From positions 62,001 to 126,000 of the forward strand of contig CDMY01000298.1 of NCBI GenBank assembly GCA_001179505.1: 64,000 bases of DNA, given 5' to 3'. Each line of letters begins with the position of its first letter. The stretch's first letter is position 1. The notes under the pieces were generated by a model. The model saw only the letters and a list, made by a program, of their open reading frames with translations, was not told the origin of the DNA and searched no databases. Positions 50,629-62,603 of the stretch are shown here, in pieces. The position numbers were made by a program, and so were the translations under genes. This DNA is from Vitrella brassicaformis CCMP3155 (lineage: Eukaryota > Protista > Chromerida).

Positions 50629-53425
50629 CATCGCTGCAGATAGTGGTTGAGGGGTGGTCCCCCCATGACCCTCTATGCCAACTGGAGAAACTGGCCACAG
50701 AGGTACGTGTGTAGGCACCCCCCCCCCCGCTTGTGTGTTAATTGTCTGTCTGTCTGTCTGTCTGTCTGCCCACATGGACAGGGGCTGCCTGCAAGCTGCA
50801 ATCCTCCTTTGGATGTCCGCCGAGAAGCGGGGGAGAGCGATGCGGTTCAGAGGCTGTGCTTCATTCAGTTCAGCACCGTCGACGAAGCCAGTGAGTTCCT
50901 CGAGGTGAGCTTGCAGAAACGAGTGGGTCGACAAATCCGTGCACGCATTCTCTCTCGCTCATATGTCTGTGCCAGGCGCACCGTGTCAACGCGCCGTGCC
51001 GCCATGGGCTGGTGCGGGGCGAGGAGTTCTACCCCTTGCAGTACTCGAGGCGCAACTCATCCAAACCCAAGAACAGTCTGGATGTCGCGTGAAGGACAGA
51101 AGATGGGTGGATGCGTGCGTGATGTCGGGGGGCATTGATGGGGCGTGCAGGGGGGCTGTGGTCTCCATTCCACCCGGCACGGTTTTTGCAGCAGGTCATG
51201 TTTCACGAGCCCCGTGGCTGAATCGGGAGTGGGTGAGTGATGGGAGAGAGGGAGGGAGGGAGGGTGGTGCGACCAAAGGGTGTCTGTCTTTAGCCAGTAG
51301 GTCTGCGGACGCACAGGGCTCAGACCTACTCGGCTGGCGCATGAGTGGGCACGTGTGTGGATGTGTGTTTTTGTATGTGCGCCGTCGTGGGCTGATGCGG
51401 CACGAGTACTTCTTCCGCAGCTCCACAATGTCGCGTGTGAGTTGCGTGACTGACAAGATGCAACACAGCTGCATAGTGCAGGCCATGCATTTTCCAACCA
51501 CGTTCTTGCCATCGCCCGCACGTGGCTGATTTGGGAGTGAGTGGGTGATGGGAGAGACGGAGGGAGGGAGGGAGGCAGGGAGGGAGGGAGGGTGATCCAA
51601 GGGGGTCTGTCTTTCCTTAGCCAGTAAGTAGGTCTGCAGAGGCATACGGCGTGGACATGCTCAGCGAGTGCATGCGTGTGTGTGTGTGAGTGTATTTGTA
51701 TATCTAAATGCGTTCCTTCCTGTCTTGGCTGGCGGCTTTATATGCAGCATGTCAGCATGTTAGTCAGAATGGCTGTCTCACTGTGTGTGTATGTGTGTAT
51801 GGTGTGCCTTGATGCGAACGACCCTCACAGACAGGTGTGCGTGTATGCCCAAAGGTAAGGTACGGTAGCCTGACGAGTGAGAGAGAGTGCCGGCGTGGGT
51901 GTGTGGGTGTGTGCATGTGGCCTCACCCACCCCCCAACCCACCCGCTGTCCGGTCTTTGCCAACGAGTGGAAAGTGTATTTGTATCTATTGCGTCACGTG
52001 TGCAATGTGTGTGTGTGTGTGTGCGTCTAATCGCCTTTGGGTGATCTACATCTGGCTCCTGCTATCGCTGTGACCTTTCTTTTGTATCAAGGCGTCGGAC
52101 GGGACGGGCTGCGAGAGAACGTGCACTCATCTGTTGTCGAGCAGTGAGGGGCCATGACGCATTCGTGGACTGGACCGCTGGATCATTCCACCGGCCACCC
52201 ATGAATCTGCTGAGCCTTGCTGTGCGCCAGATGTGTGCCTTATTGTATGTGTGTATGTAGCGTCTTGATGCCAGTTGTTGCTGCTCCCAAGGGATCCCAG
52301 TTTGTGTGGCGAGGCGAGAGAGCCAGGGAGAGACAGTGCGGGTGGAGGGGCGTGCGTGTCGGGCTGCAAGGAATATTTGTGTATGTTGCGTGATATGTGT
52401 GCATGTGAATTTAAGGGCTGTGACGTACCTTCTGTGTCGTTATGATGAAGGTGTGGCGCGGCCTGCGGTGCGGTAGTGGCCTTGTGTGAGAGTGAGTGAG
52501 TCAATCAATCTTTTTTGGAACCAACAGACGTGAGGGGCTGGATGGACAGACAGATGGACTGATCCATCCATCGCGCCATGAGTGTATTTGTGAGTTCGAT
52601 TGTCCGTCCTACTCAAAACAGTGAGTCCATCAGTTGAGCGGTCACTCACTGTCTGGCACACATGAGCCCTCATCACGCCATCCGATGTCCTTCCTCGACG
52701 CCGAAAAGCCCTTAAATCTATGGCACACATGCACACAGATGCACTGACTGCATGAGAGTGAGGCGCCCCAGAGAGCTCACGCACCCACCCCCGCCCGCAC
52801 TCACTCTCTCTTCGTGTCACTCAGACGCCACCGCACCGTCAGAAAGCCCTTCAATGCACACATACGGCACACGTACGTCACGCAATAAAAGACAAATACA
52901 CCGGAGAGTCAGTGGGTGGGACCACATGCACACCGACGCCCGCACCCTCTCTCTCTCTCTCTCTCTCCCTTCCCCCCTTTGGACAGCGGTTGATACGTAT
53001 ACATGTGTGTACACCTACCTGTCTGTGAGAGTCATTGCATCCTGCCAGGCCAGGTGTGTACACCCCACCCCGCATACACAAACGATGAATCGAGCGATGA
53101 GTGAGAGGTGCTTACATACATATTAACATGCAGACACTATGCTGTATATGAAGCACCTCCGGTCAACACACACACACACATGCACATGCACACATGCGCA
53201 AGATAGAAGACACTGTTGAAGGGCACAACGCAGGCAGAGAAATACGCACAATGCGAATCTCTTCAACTCACTATGTCCCCCTGCCCTCCGACACACGCTG
53301 TCGCATGAGCCAAGAATCGGGCTCGCATCACATTTGATCCGTCTACACCAAATCTGTTCACAAGAACTCCCTCCCTCCCTCCCTCTACCTCCCTGTCTGT
53401 CTACTGCCGCCCGCTAGTGTGTCGC

Positions 53426-56400
53426 TCAATAGGGGGCCGCTCGATACGAGCCATCACTAATACCACCCCAGTAGTGCTGATTGCTGTCCCTCTGTGGTCC
53501 ATAGCACGATGCTGCTGCTGCTGCCGCCGCCGCTGCTGCGGGTGAAGGCAGCAGCGGCGGCAGTAGAGTGGGTGTGTGTTGGTGTAGATGGGGGGAATGA
53601 TGGTTGGGGTGAGTCAACGGGCGGGCGCTGGCCACCATCACAGACACAGACAGGACAGAGACAGACAGCACGGAGTGGGTCGCGTGGCGCCGCACATTCA
53701 TGTAGTCAGCTTGTCTCCTTCCTCACTCACCTGGGACAAGCACCTGTGGCCACTTGTGGGTGTGTTGGGCCGTGGCCACCTGGCACACACACCCACACCA
53801 CACCGACACACACATAAGACATACCAACACAACGCGACATCAAGAGATACTCTACGTACCTGGATTGCCTCCCCCTATGGGTTTGGGGGCGTCCATCGAA
53901 TGGCCAGCCCCACCCGCCTTGACGCCACCAGGAACGGCCACCTTGCACTGAACCTGACACACACGAAATGTCCCCGTCTGTCTGTTGAGAGAGGGAGCGA
54001 AAGACCAAACAGACGCAGCGTCTGACCTGCTTGCAATTGATCCAGTGCGACTGCTGGCTGAGCACCCTCTGCATGGTAGACTTTTCATGGAATACGACGA
54101 AGCCAAATCCCCGCGGACGGCCTGAACACACACACACACACGGACACACACGGACACACACGGACACACACACACACACATACACACAGAGAGAGAGAGA
54201 GAGAGAGTCAGCACCAACCAGTGTGGCTGTGGCTGTGGCTCTCGCACACCGACCGGTAATTGGGTCCGTGACGAGAAACGCATTGCGCACGGGGCCATAG
54301 TTCGCAAAGTACGCACGGAATTGGGCTGAAAGAATGAACGAAGACAACGACAGAGACAGATGGATGAGTCGCTGCCCACCCACCACTCCCGCGGGCCCTC
54401 TTACCCGCTGTGAGTCCGTGCGGCAGTCCGCCGACAAACATCTTGTTGTTGTTGGCCTCCTCACCAGATGAAGATGCAGCAGGGGCCGCGACTGCATCCA
54501 TCGTCTGAGCGAGCGTGACCCACTGATGGGGCGGAGAAAGTGATTCGCTTTGCCGGGACAGTGCGCTGCCGGCTCCAGCGAGCTGGCCCAAACTGTGCAT
54601 ACACACGCCCGAAGTACAGTACACCTAACTCGTCCATTACACACTCACTTGGGTGGTGGTGGCTGCTCGTGGAAGCCGTTGGTGAAGGAAGGCGGATGTG
54701 GTACTTGTAGCTGGCTCGTGTTGCCTCCTGCTGCTACTACTGCTGCTGCTGCCGCCGCTGGAGGGGTTGGAGATGAGAACATGGCCGCGCCCGGCGATTC
54801 AGGTGGTGCCGGTGGTGGGTAGTTCGGTGGACCACCTGCACATGGGACGGACCACCCGCACCACACGCGCCAAAAATGAGTGGTTGTCGACGCTCTATGG
54901 GTTATATAAATCGGCTTCCCATCTACTCACCGACGGGAGCAGCAGGCGGCGGCGGGTACCCGAAGATGGGCTGAGTGCCATAGCTAGGATGGCCATGTGG
55001 GTGTGGGTACGGCTGCACTTGGGCGTGGCTGTCGTCTGCCGGTGCTGCAGGGGGCGATGAGGGCGGGGGAGGGGGCGGGCCGTCTGAACGAACGAGGCAC
55101 ACCAAACACACTGTGACAATCCGCCGGCTGGTGCGTGTGTGAGTGCCCTTTTGCGCACCTTGATTTGGGTCATCTTGGTCTTGCTCAGGCTCCTCGGTGG
55201 GCTCCTCCTTGGTAGGAATGGGCACCCACACCAAGCCCTGCACGTGCACAAGACACGCACACACGTATTCGGCTGAGTGAGTGAGTGAGTGAGTGAGGGC
55301 GTCGGTTACCCTTTGGTTGTCGTAGATGTGTTTGAGCCAGTTGCAGAGGTCGATCGCCTGCCCCAGGTTGCCGAGGTATTCGGTGTTGATTTGACTCGCC
55401 GTCTTGCCACTCATCTGGTGCAGATGATATCCCTTGAGCCCACTCTGAGGAATCGTATACATACAAAGACATCCATTCATCGACCACCCCCCCTGTCTGT
55501 CTGTTTCTGTGTCTGCCTGTCTGCCCCCACATACCTTTTTGACGATCTGCAGCACGCTTCTTGCCAGCTCGCTCTCATCCCGCTCCAGCGCTTCAACCAG
55601 CTGCTGGTGGTCGAGGTTGACCAGCTGACGCTCCACACACCCAACAGGCTTCTTCTGCGGCTGCCGACCAGCTCTGGCCTTGGGGGCACCTTGCTGCTGT
55701 TGGTTGGCACCCCCACCACCCCTGGCGGCCTCTGCGCCGCCCTCAGTCTTGACGCGGACACCGACACGAGCAGCGGCCGCCAGCCCTCCCTGCCCCCCTC
55801 CTTGGCCTGGCCGGTTACCGCCCGGTTGCTCTCCGCCATCCCTGGTCGACACAGCGGCCGCCTGGGGCGGCTCGGCCCCACCGCCCCTCTCCTCAGTCGG
55901 CTGCTGCTGCTGCTGGCCGTCATCGATGACGACTGGCTCTCGCTGCTGCTGATTGCAACCTTCACCAGCAGCAGCCGACCCACGTGAGGCGCCCGAGCCT
56001 CCGTTGCCAGGCGGACGGCTCGATGGTGCCGGCGGTGTGGGTGACGCGGGTGGTGGTAGTGGTGCTCCTGCGGCGGCAGCATGTGCTTGTGCGGGGGACT
56101 CAGATGGGTGTCGTTTCACTCGTTTCTTGGGTGGTGATTTGGGTAGCGGGCGGCTGTCCCTGTCCCTGTCCCTGTCCTTGTCCTTGTCCTTGTCTTTCTT
56201 CTTGCCGCCCTCCTTGTCCTTGTCCCTGTCTTTCTTGTTCTTCTTCTGTTTGCCGTTCTTCTTAATTGACATGCCCGCCCTGACGTCCTCCTTCAAACTT
56301 TCCCCCGGTGACGATGCCACATCGCTGTCAGGGGGCACATGCTTGCGCTTCTTGCCCCTCGTCCTTGGACTCGCAGCGGCGGCCGGCGCCTCCTGCTCGC

Positions 56401-58485
56401 CTTCCCTCTCGTCTTCCTCGAGAACGTTGATGTGATGACGCCTGCCTTTCCGCTCTGCAATACTGCTGCTCGCCCGGTCCAGGACAGAGCGGGGGGATGA
56501 GCCCGGCAGGGCGGCCGCGGCTGGGGGGCCGGCCTTGGCCAATGACGGACGCGCAACAGTGGTAGCAGCAGCGGCGGTGGCAGCAGCTGGTGGCGGTGCG
56601 ACATGGGGAGGGCGATGCGGCTGTGCAGCCGAGTGCGCCGGGGGCCGCACACCTGACGGAAATGGCAACACGACAAGGCATGAAGGACGCCCCGACACGT
56701 ACACTCGTTGACTCATTTTCACCTGGGTGGATGAATGGCCCGTTGTGACTCCCTGGCGGCAGTGGGGGGCCGCCGTGATCTGTCCGCACCATACATTCAT
56801 CGAGACGAGTACGGGTGTCTTTGAGGCCAGCTATCTGTTCGTGTGTCCAAGCGCACCGTAGAAGTATGGTGGCGGTGGCCAGAACGGGGGAGGCTGATGG
56901 CCGTAGGGCCACATGGGAGGGAAGGGCGGCCCATTCGCGGCAGCACCCGCCATCGCATGCTCGTCCTCTTGCTGCTGCTCCCCGTCGCCCATCTCCTCAG
57001 CCACTGCATCCACCCGATGCATCAGTACAGAAGCCGTCATTGCGTTGCTCCACAGGCTCACTGACTGACCTGCTGCTGGAACCGACGATCGCCTGGCGCC
57101 GTTGGCTTTGGCCGTCGTCTTCGGCTTCGCCTTGGCGACTGCGACACACGCACAGACACGCACACAACCGGAGTTGGCCAAAACTCTGCCGGCCATGCGC
57201 TCCGGTGTGTGTATGGAAGCCAGCCGGCCAGCCAGCAAGTCACTTACTGCGCTTGACGAACACTCTCGTGCCATCCTCCCCTGTGGTGAACTCATCGCGG
57301 TTGTTGTCGGGAGGGCCCTTGAGCGCCTCCTTGGCCTTCTCCCGGAGCGGAACGAAGGTCCAGCCCATGCGGCTGTTCCTCTTGTTTGCCGGGCGGCTCA
57401 CGTCGTCTCGCAGGTAGTAGCCCTCGCCCTTGCTGTCGGCAAAGGGGCCGATGGTGACGGTCACAGTGTCTTGGTAGGGGCCTTGGTGGGGGTGGGTGAA
57501 GGCGGGCTGCACGTTTGGGTGGGACTGGCGGAGGAGGGCGAAGTAGCTTGTATGGTAGTTGGTTGCGACTTCCTCGTAGTGCTGTCTGCAGGAGGCGCAG
57601 AGGTCGCCATCTGCCTGACCCCCTGCAGCAGCAGCGGCCGGTGCAGCAGCGGCTGGCGAGGCTGGTGTGTCATCCGGCTGCTGCTCCTCGATGGCGAGCT
57701 CTCGATGCTCAGCCAGATCTGCATGACAGACACATAAGTCCACCATGAACCACACAAGACACGTCTGTCTGCGATCATGGGCATACAGTGAATACCATTT
57801 TCTCGGCCGGGTGTGTATTTTTCATCATCGCCGTCGCCACCGTGCCGCGCCTTCTTGCGGGCGGCAGGGACGGCGCGGCTGTCTTCACCCTCACCCTGGA
57901 CATCCTCCTCCTCATCATCGTCGTCCTCATCGCTCACTGAAGGAATGAAGGGACCAAACAACAACATCCCTTAGACATTCACGTGATGTGATGCGTGTGA
58001 GGGCCGGCTTCGGTGCAGCTTACCGCTTTCGCCGGAGAGGTCAGACTCTGCTGCCGCGGCAGCGGCAGCGGCGACCCCTGCAGCCCACCAAGCAGCCGTC
58101 CCCCGACACCCACCCGCCCCACCGCTCTCGACCCCCTGACCTCCACCAGAGGGACCGCCAGACTCGATGGCGCCGCCAGGGGCGGGGGACGGCTGGTTGG
58201 TGGGCTGCGAGGAGTGCTGTGGGGGTGGTGACGGTCCAGCGACGGCTGGCGATGGGCTGCCGTGTGGCTGCGGTGTCTGTGGTGCGGTGGATGCCATTCG
58301 CCCTGGGCCTCGTGTGGCCGTCCTGGTGAGCTCACGCTTGACGTCACTGGCACCTGCTGACAGCACACAGGAGCCACAGAGAGTGTGGCACATTCATGTG
58401 TTTGTGTGAGTCTGCGGACGGATCTTTTCGCATGCGGTGTACCTGATGACGCGACTGGTCTTGGCGCGTCGCCCCGACTGCTCAT
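53426..58485 (-). CDS. Paralogue B of the inverted pair: uncharacterised conserved domains + Pro-rich linker + C-terminal RRM (hnRNP A/Musashi-like)
   Basis: Start MSSRGDAPRPVASSG at 58485; exons splice in phase by eye through APV|GGPPNY and PPP|NLGQLAG into KMFVGGLPHGLTA|QFRAYFANYGPVRNAFLVTDPITGR|PRGFGFVVF (RNP2/RNP1). Stop near 53426. Confidence 0.7.
56150..56232 (-). repeat. Coding hexamer repeat giving KD/RD charge repeats in paralogue B
   Basis: GTCCTT/GTCCCT units on +; translates KDRDKDKE..KDKDKDKDRDRDRD. Confidence 0.85.
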
Positions 58486-58664
58486 AGTGGTCAGGTCTGC
58501 CCCTTCAGGCCTTCAGCTGGACGAGCCCGGGGTTCATAGCTTCGTCAATCGGGTGGCGCCAACGAGGCAAAGAATCGACGGCAATGGCAAGACCCGCACA
58601 CCCTCGTCAAAAGAGAGACCAACACGGCCGCCACTGGCCCCTTTCCTCAGGCACGCTTGGTTTC

Positions 58665-58673
58665 AAGCTCGCA
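58665..58673 (-). promoter_or_regulatory. Candidate promoter motif TGCGAGCTT, paralogue B/TOM1 divergent interval
   Basis: AAGCTCGCA on +, 180 nt upstream of the paralogue B ATG. Confidence 0.5.
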
Positions 58674-58805
58674 GAATAGCGATCGCCGTCGTCAGCCGTC
58701 AAGAGAGCACGTTTTGGAGATAGATCTGATCCACGACCCTCTGCATCGTCTGGATCACAAGCCTTCGGTCCTCTCATCCCATCATCCCACCTTCGCCACG
58801 CACTC

Positions 58806-59128
58806 ATGTCGTGGGTGGCGTACGGTGCGGAGCTGCTGCTCGCAGAGCCAAAGGGCAAGCAGGCGCCTGCCCCGGCGCCGATCCCACCGCCCGAGAGCGG
58901 CGGGGGAGAGGAGGGGAAGGGCGGGTTCATCAACAACGACGACGACGCCATCTATGTGGTGTATGCGGAGATTGCACTGTTCCTGCTGGTGGCCTTCCTC
59001 AACATGCAGCTCCTCTCGATTTTCCGCGTGAGTCCCTCGAGGGATCAGGGGCAACCTGTGTCTCTCACGGGCGGCAAGACACGCAACTTCTTCGTTTCAC
59101 TGCTGTTTCTCGCCAACTTCTGTGAGCA

Positions 59129-59160
<32 letters not shown>

Positions 59161-60054
59161 TTGGTGGGCATGCTCCTGATTTGTGGGTGTGTTCTTTGTC
59201 TCTCTGTGCAGTTCGTGCGTTTTCGCTGGGTCTTCAGCTGGTGTTGATGAGCAGCATCTCGCAGGCGTCGCTGATGACGTGGTTCACCTACCTGTTCCGC
59301 TCCCTGCCCTCGCTGATCTTCCTCTCGACCTACTCGGTGCTCATCTACTTCTGGGCGCAGGTCTACCAGGCGGCCACCCTCGTCTCCACACCCCTCCTGC
59401 GGCCGACCTTCATATTTGTCAACATCGCCGTCTACTGCATCTATGCCGTCATCACGGTGCTGACGCTGCTGCTGCACGCGTATGAGGAGTATCGCACCTA
59501 CAGCATATTCCTCATCGGCGTCATCTACCTTGCCGTGTCGGTCGGATTCTTCGTCTACGGAATGAAGGTCAGTCTGTCTGTTACTCACGGAGGGAGGGAG
59601 GGAGGATTGTGTGTGTGGGTGGCGTGGCACCATGGCCTTTTTCTGTCTGTCTGNNNNNNNNNNNNNNNNNNNNNNNNNNNNNNNNNNNNNNNNNNNNNNN
59701 NNNNNNNNNNNNNNNNNNNNNNNNNNNNNNNNNNNNNNNNNNNNNNNNNNNNNNNNNNNNNNNNNNNNNNNNNNNNNNNNNNNNNNNNNNNNNNNNNNNN
59801 NNNNNNNNNNNNNNNNNNNNNNNNNNNNNNNNNNNNNNNNNNNNNNNNNNNNNNNNNNNNNNNNNNNNNNNNNNNNNNNNNNNNNNNNNNNNNNNNNNNN
59901 NNNNNNNNNNNNNNNNNNNNNNNNNNNNNNNNNNNNNNNNNNNNNNNNNNNNNACCGTGCTAAGGATGGGGGCACCCATGTAGTGCCTGCCGAGGCTGCA
60001 CTGAGGCCTGCTGCTGACGACGGTGAAACGCCCAAGCCCAAAGGCCATCGGTGA
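58806..60054 (+). CDS. TOM1/THH1/TOM3-like (DUF1084, GPR137-related) multi-pass membrane protein, copy 1 (middle exons fall in the gap)
   Basis: FRSLPSLIFLSTYSVLIYFWAQVY matches the TOM1 motif LP.L.F.STY..L..FWA.IY; several hydrophobic helices; last exon DRAKDGG...KPKGHR* at 59954-60054. Confidence 0.8.
59654..59953. other. Assembly gap (300 N)
   Basis: Run of N seen directly. Confidence 1.
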
Positions 60055-60686
60055 TGGACCGACGGATGGACAGCGGGTGGGTAGCGCTTCAGTCAGTGAG
60101 TGGGGCGAGAAGAGAGGTGTATATATTCACGACCCTCCTCGCATTAAGAGTGGGGCGTGACAGCCAGTGACCGCCGTCGATGGATGCACCACGAGCCGCC
60201 TTTTTCTAGGCTGCTTGTGATGCTGTCTGTGACGATATACACCATTTGCTATATGTACGCTGCAGACAGATGTGGGAGGATTTGGCTCCTTGCACGCGAC
60301 GCAACCGCAGGGCGATTCCATCGCCCAGGGCTTGCGGACAGCAGACAGACAGAAATGGTGCGTATGTGCGAGTCCGAGTCAGTCCTCGTGTCTGTGGTTT
60401 TTCGGTGATCAGCGGACAGACGTGTGTAGCCAGCCGGTCGTTTTGTGCGCTATCCGTATCTCTGTCAAAGCATTGCAGTGAATGGGCAGGCATGAACACA
60501 CACACATCGACTCACACACAGAGAGAGAGAGAGTGAGAGTGAGAGAGAGAGGGGCACATGCGCAGTGCACGCCCCCTCCCTCCCTCCCTCTCTGCACACA
60601 CAGCCCACCCCTGCGCACCTCCGTGTGTGGCAAGGTGCCTGCCTGTCTGCTGCGCACTCCTGCACACGCGCATTCACGAAATTCGC

Positions 60687-60755
60687 AAACCCTACATAGG
60701 ATAATTAGGGTTTAGGTATAGGGCTTAGGGTGTGGGGTTTCAAGCCCTGCGAGCT
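60687..60755. promoter_or_regulatory. Inverted telo-box pair, degenerate telomere-like repeats and TGCGAGCT motif
   Basis: AAACCCTA 60687-60694 / TAGGGTTT 60706-60713, then TTAGGT, ATAGGG, TTAGGG-like units to ~60735, TGCGAGCT 60748-60755. Confidence 0.45.
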
Positions 60756-61400
60756 CAGACGTGCTGAGTGGAAAGGCACAGACCGCACAGACCGCTTTGG
60801 CAGATCAGATCTCCGCAGAGAGGCTCACAGGAAGGCCATACACGCAGTCAGGAGAGCTCTCTTCGCTCAAATCTCTGCCGCTGATGCGCCTTTGTGTCTG
60901 TGTTGTGTTATGTGCGTCAGAGATGGGCGTGTTGCCGAGGGTCGTTTGGGTGTCAGTCAGAGGATTGCTCTCGATGACGGCTTTGTATTGTGCCGGTTGA
61001 TGCACAGACAGCGGAACTTATCTCTGACTCCTTGAATGCCTCTCCCATTTTTGTCCATCTCCGCAGGCCCGTGTTTGGCTCTGTGGGTGCGGCCCGGTCC
61101 ATCCATCACATGGGGCAGGTGCATCAGCTCATGGGCAACACAGGTGCCAAAGGAGAGGTCAGCAGCAGCCCCACACACAGAGCACCGACGCTGGCGCGAT
61201 TTTCACGTTTCTGACTGTAGGGTTACCCTTGTCGAGTGTCTGCAGACCGACAGAGACCTGATAGACAGAATGTTAGACTTGGATATCATTGTTGGGGCGA
61301 ACTACAAACCAAGATACCGTCGAGAAAATCTCACCTCCTCACTTGACCGCCCGAGCCGCCCACACACACACCGGTTTACACACCCACTCTCTCTCTCTCT

Positions 61401-62603
61401 CTGTGGGTGTGTTCTTTGTCTCTCTGTGCAGTTCGTGCCTTTTCGCTGGGTCTTCAGCTGGTGTTGATGAGCAGCATCTCGCAGGCGTCGCTGATGACGT
61501 GGTTCACCTACCTGTTCCGCTCCCTGCCCTCGCTGATCTTCCTCTCGACCTACTCGGTGCTCATCTACTTCTGGGCGCAGGTCTACCAGGCGGCCACCCT
61601 CGTCTCCACACCCCTCCTGCGGCCGACCTTCATATTTGTCAACATCGCCGTCTACTGCATCTATGCCGTCATCACGGTGCTGACGCTGCTGCTGCACGCG
61701 TATGAGGAGTATCGCACCTACAGCATATTCCTCATCGGCGTCATCTATCTCGCCGTGTCGGTCGGATTCTTCGTCTACGGAATGAAGGTCAGTCTGTCTG
61801 TTACTCACGGAGGGAGGGAGGGAGGATTGTGTGTGTGGGTGGCGTGGCACCATGGCCTTTTTCTGTCTGTCTGGGTGCTTGCATTCAGGTGTCCGGGCAG
61901 CTGTCTGATAGGAGCCGGCAGCTGCACCGCAAGAACTTCATCATAAGGAGGGTCAGTGACCTCTCACACAGGGCACACAGACGCGCGACACACGCAAGGA
62001 TGTGTCTGTGTTCACGTTGATGCGTCGGTGTAGGTGATGGCGCTGAGTGTGGCGTGTCCGATAATCTTCTCCCTGCGGGGCTTCTACTGCCTGGCCTTCT
62101 CGTTCGGCTTCATCAGCAAGTACTACCCCCAGGGCATCTCGCGGTTCATATGGGACGCCATTGTGAGCACACAGACACACAGACTCACACACAGCAGACC
62201 ACCAGCACACAGTGAATGACCCATCGCTATTCACCCTCATGTGTGTGGTGCGTGTGTTGGTGTGTCGGTCAGATCTACATGACGTCCGAGTGGGTGCCCT
62301 CTCTGCTGATGCTATTCTTCTTCTGGCCACGAAGGAGCCACCAGCTGCCACCAAGGGTCAGCACACATCACATCAAATCACACCACTCACACCACTCAAA
62401 CCATACCCATCTGTGCCCTGAACACCAATCAGGTTGAGAATTCCGACGTCTCAGCCCCTCTGGTGCGCTCCAACTACCCCCAGGCCGGCGCCCGGGCCTC
62501 CCAGCCCCTCCCTGCCCCCTCCGCTGCCCGCACCGTCAGGCAGCCCCGAGCCACCTATGACGGCCGCATGGGCGACTACCAGCCGTTGCCGCAACAACAG
62601 GCC
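61401..62603 (+). CDS. TOM1/THH1-like gene, copy 2 (exon 2 onward; exon 1 absent; ends at gap)
   Basis: Near-identical to 59176-59653 with a few synonymous changes (GCG/GCC, TAC CTT/TAT CTC); continues with exons VSGQLSDRSR, VMALSVACPII, IYMTSEWVPSLL, VENSDVSAPL. Confidence 0.7.

Noticed and set aside
57240-57755. ApiAP2 DNA-binding domain in the paralogue core
   Set aside because: The AP2 pattern (GV......W.A.W.......F.....G...A...A) is not present; the similarity is only a general beta-rich, basic character.
1-58485. Functional cluster of RNA-binding genes (CELF, PUF, RRM/RS paralogues)
   Set aside because: They are spread over 58 kb among unrelated genes, and RNA-binding genes are common; no evidence of co-regulation beyond the shared motif, which also precedes unrelated genes.
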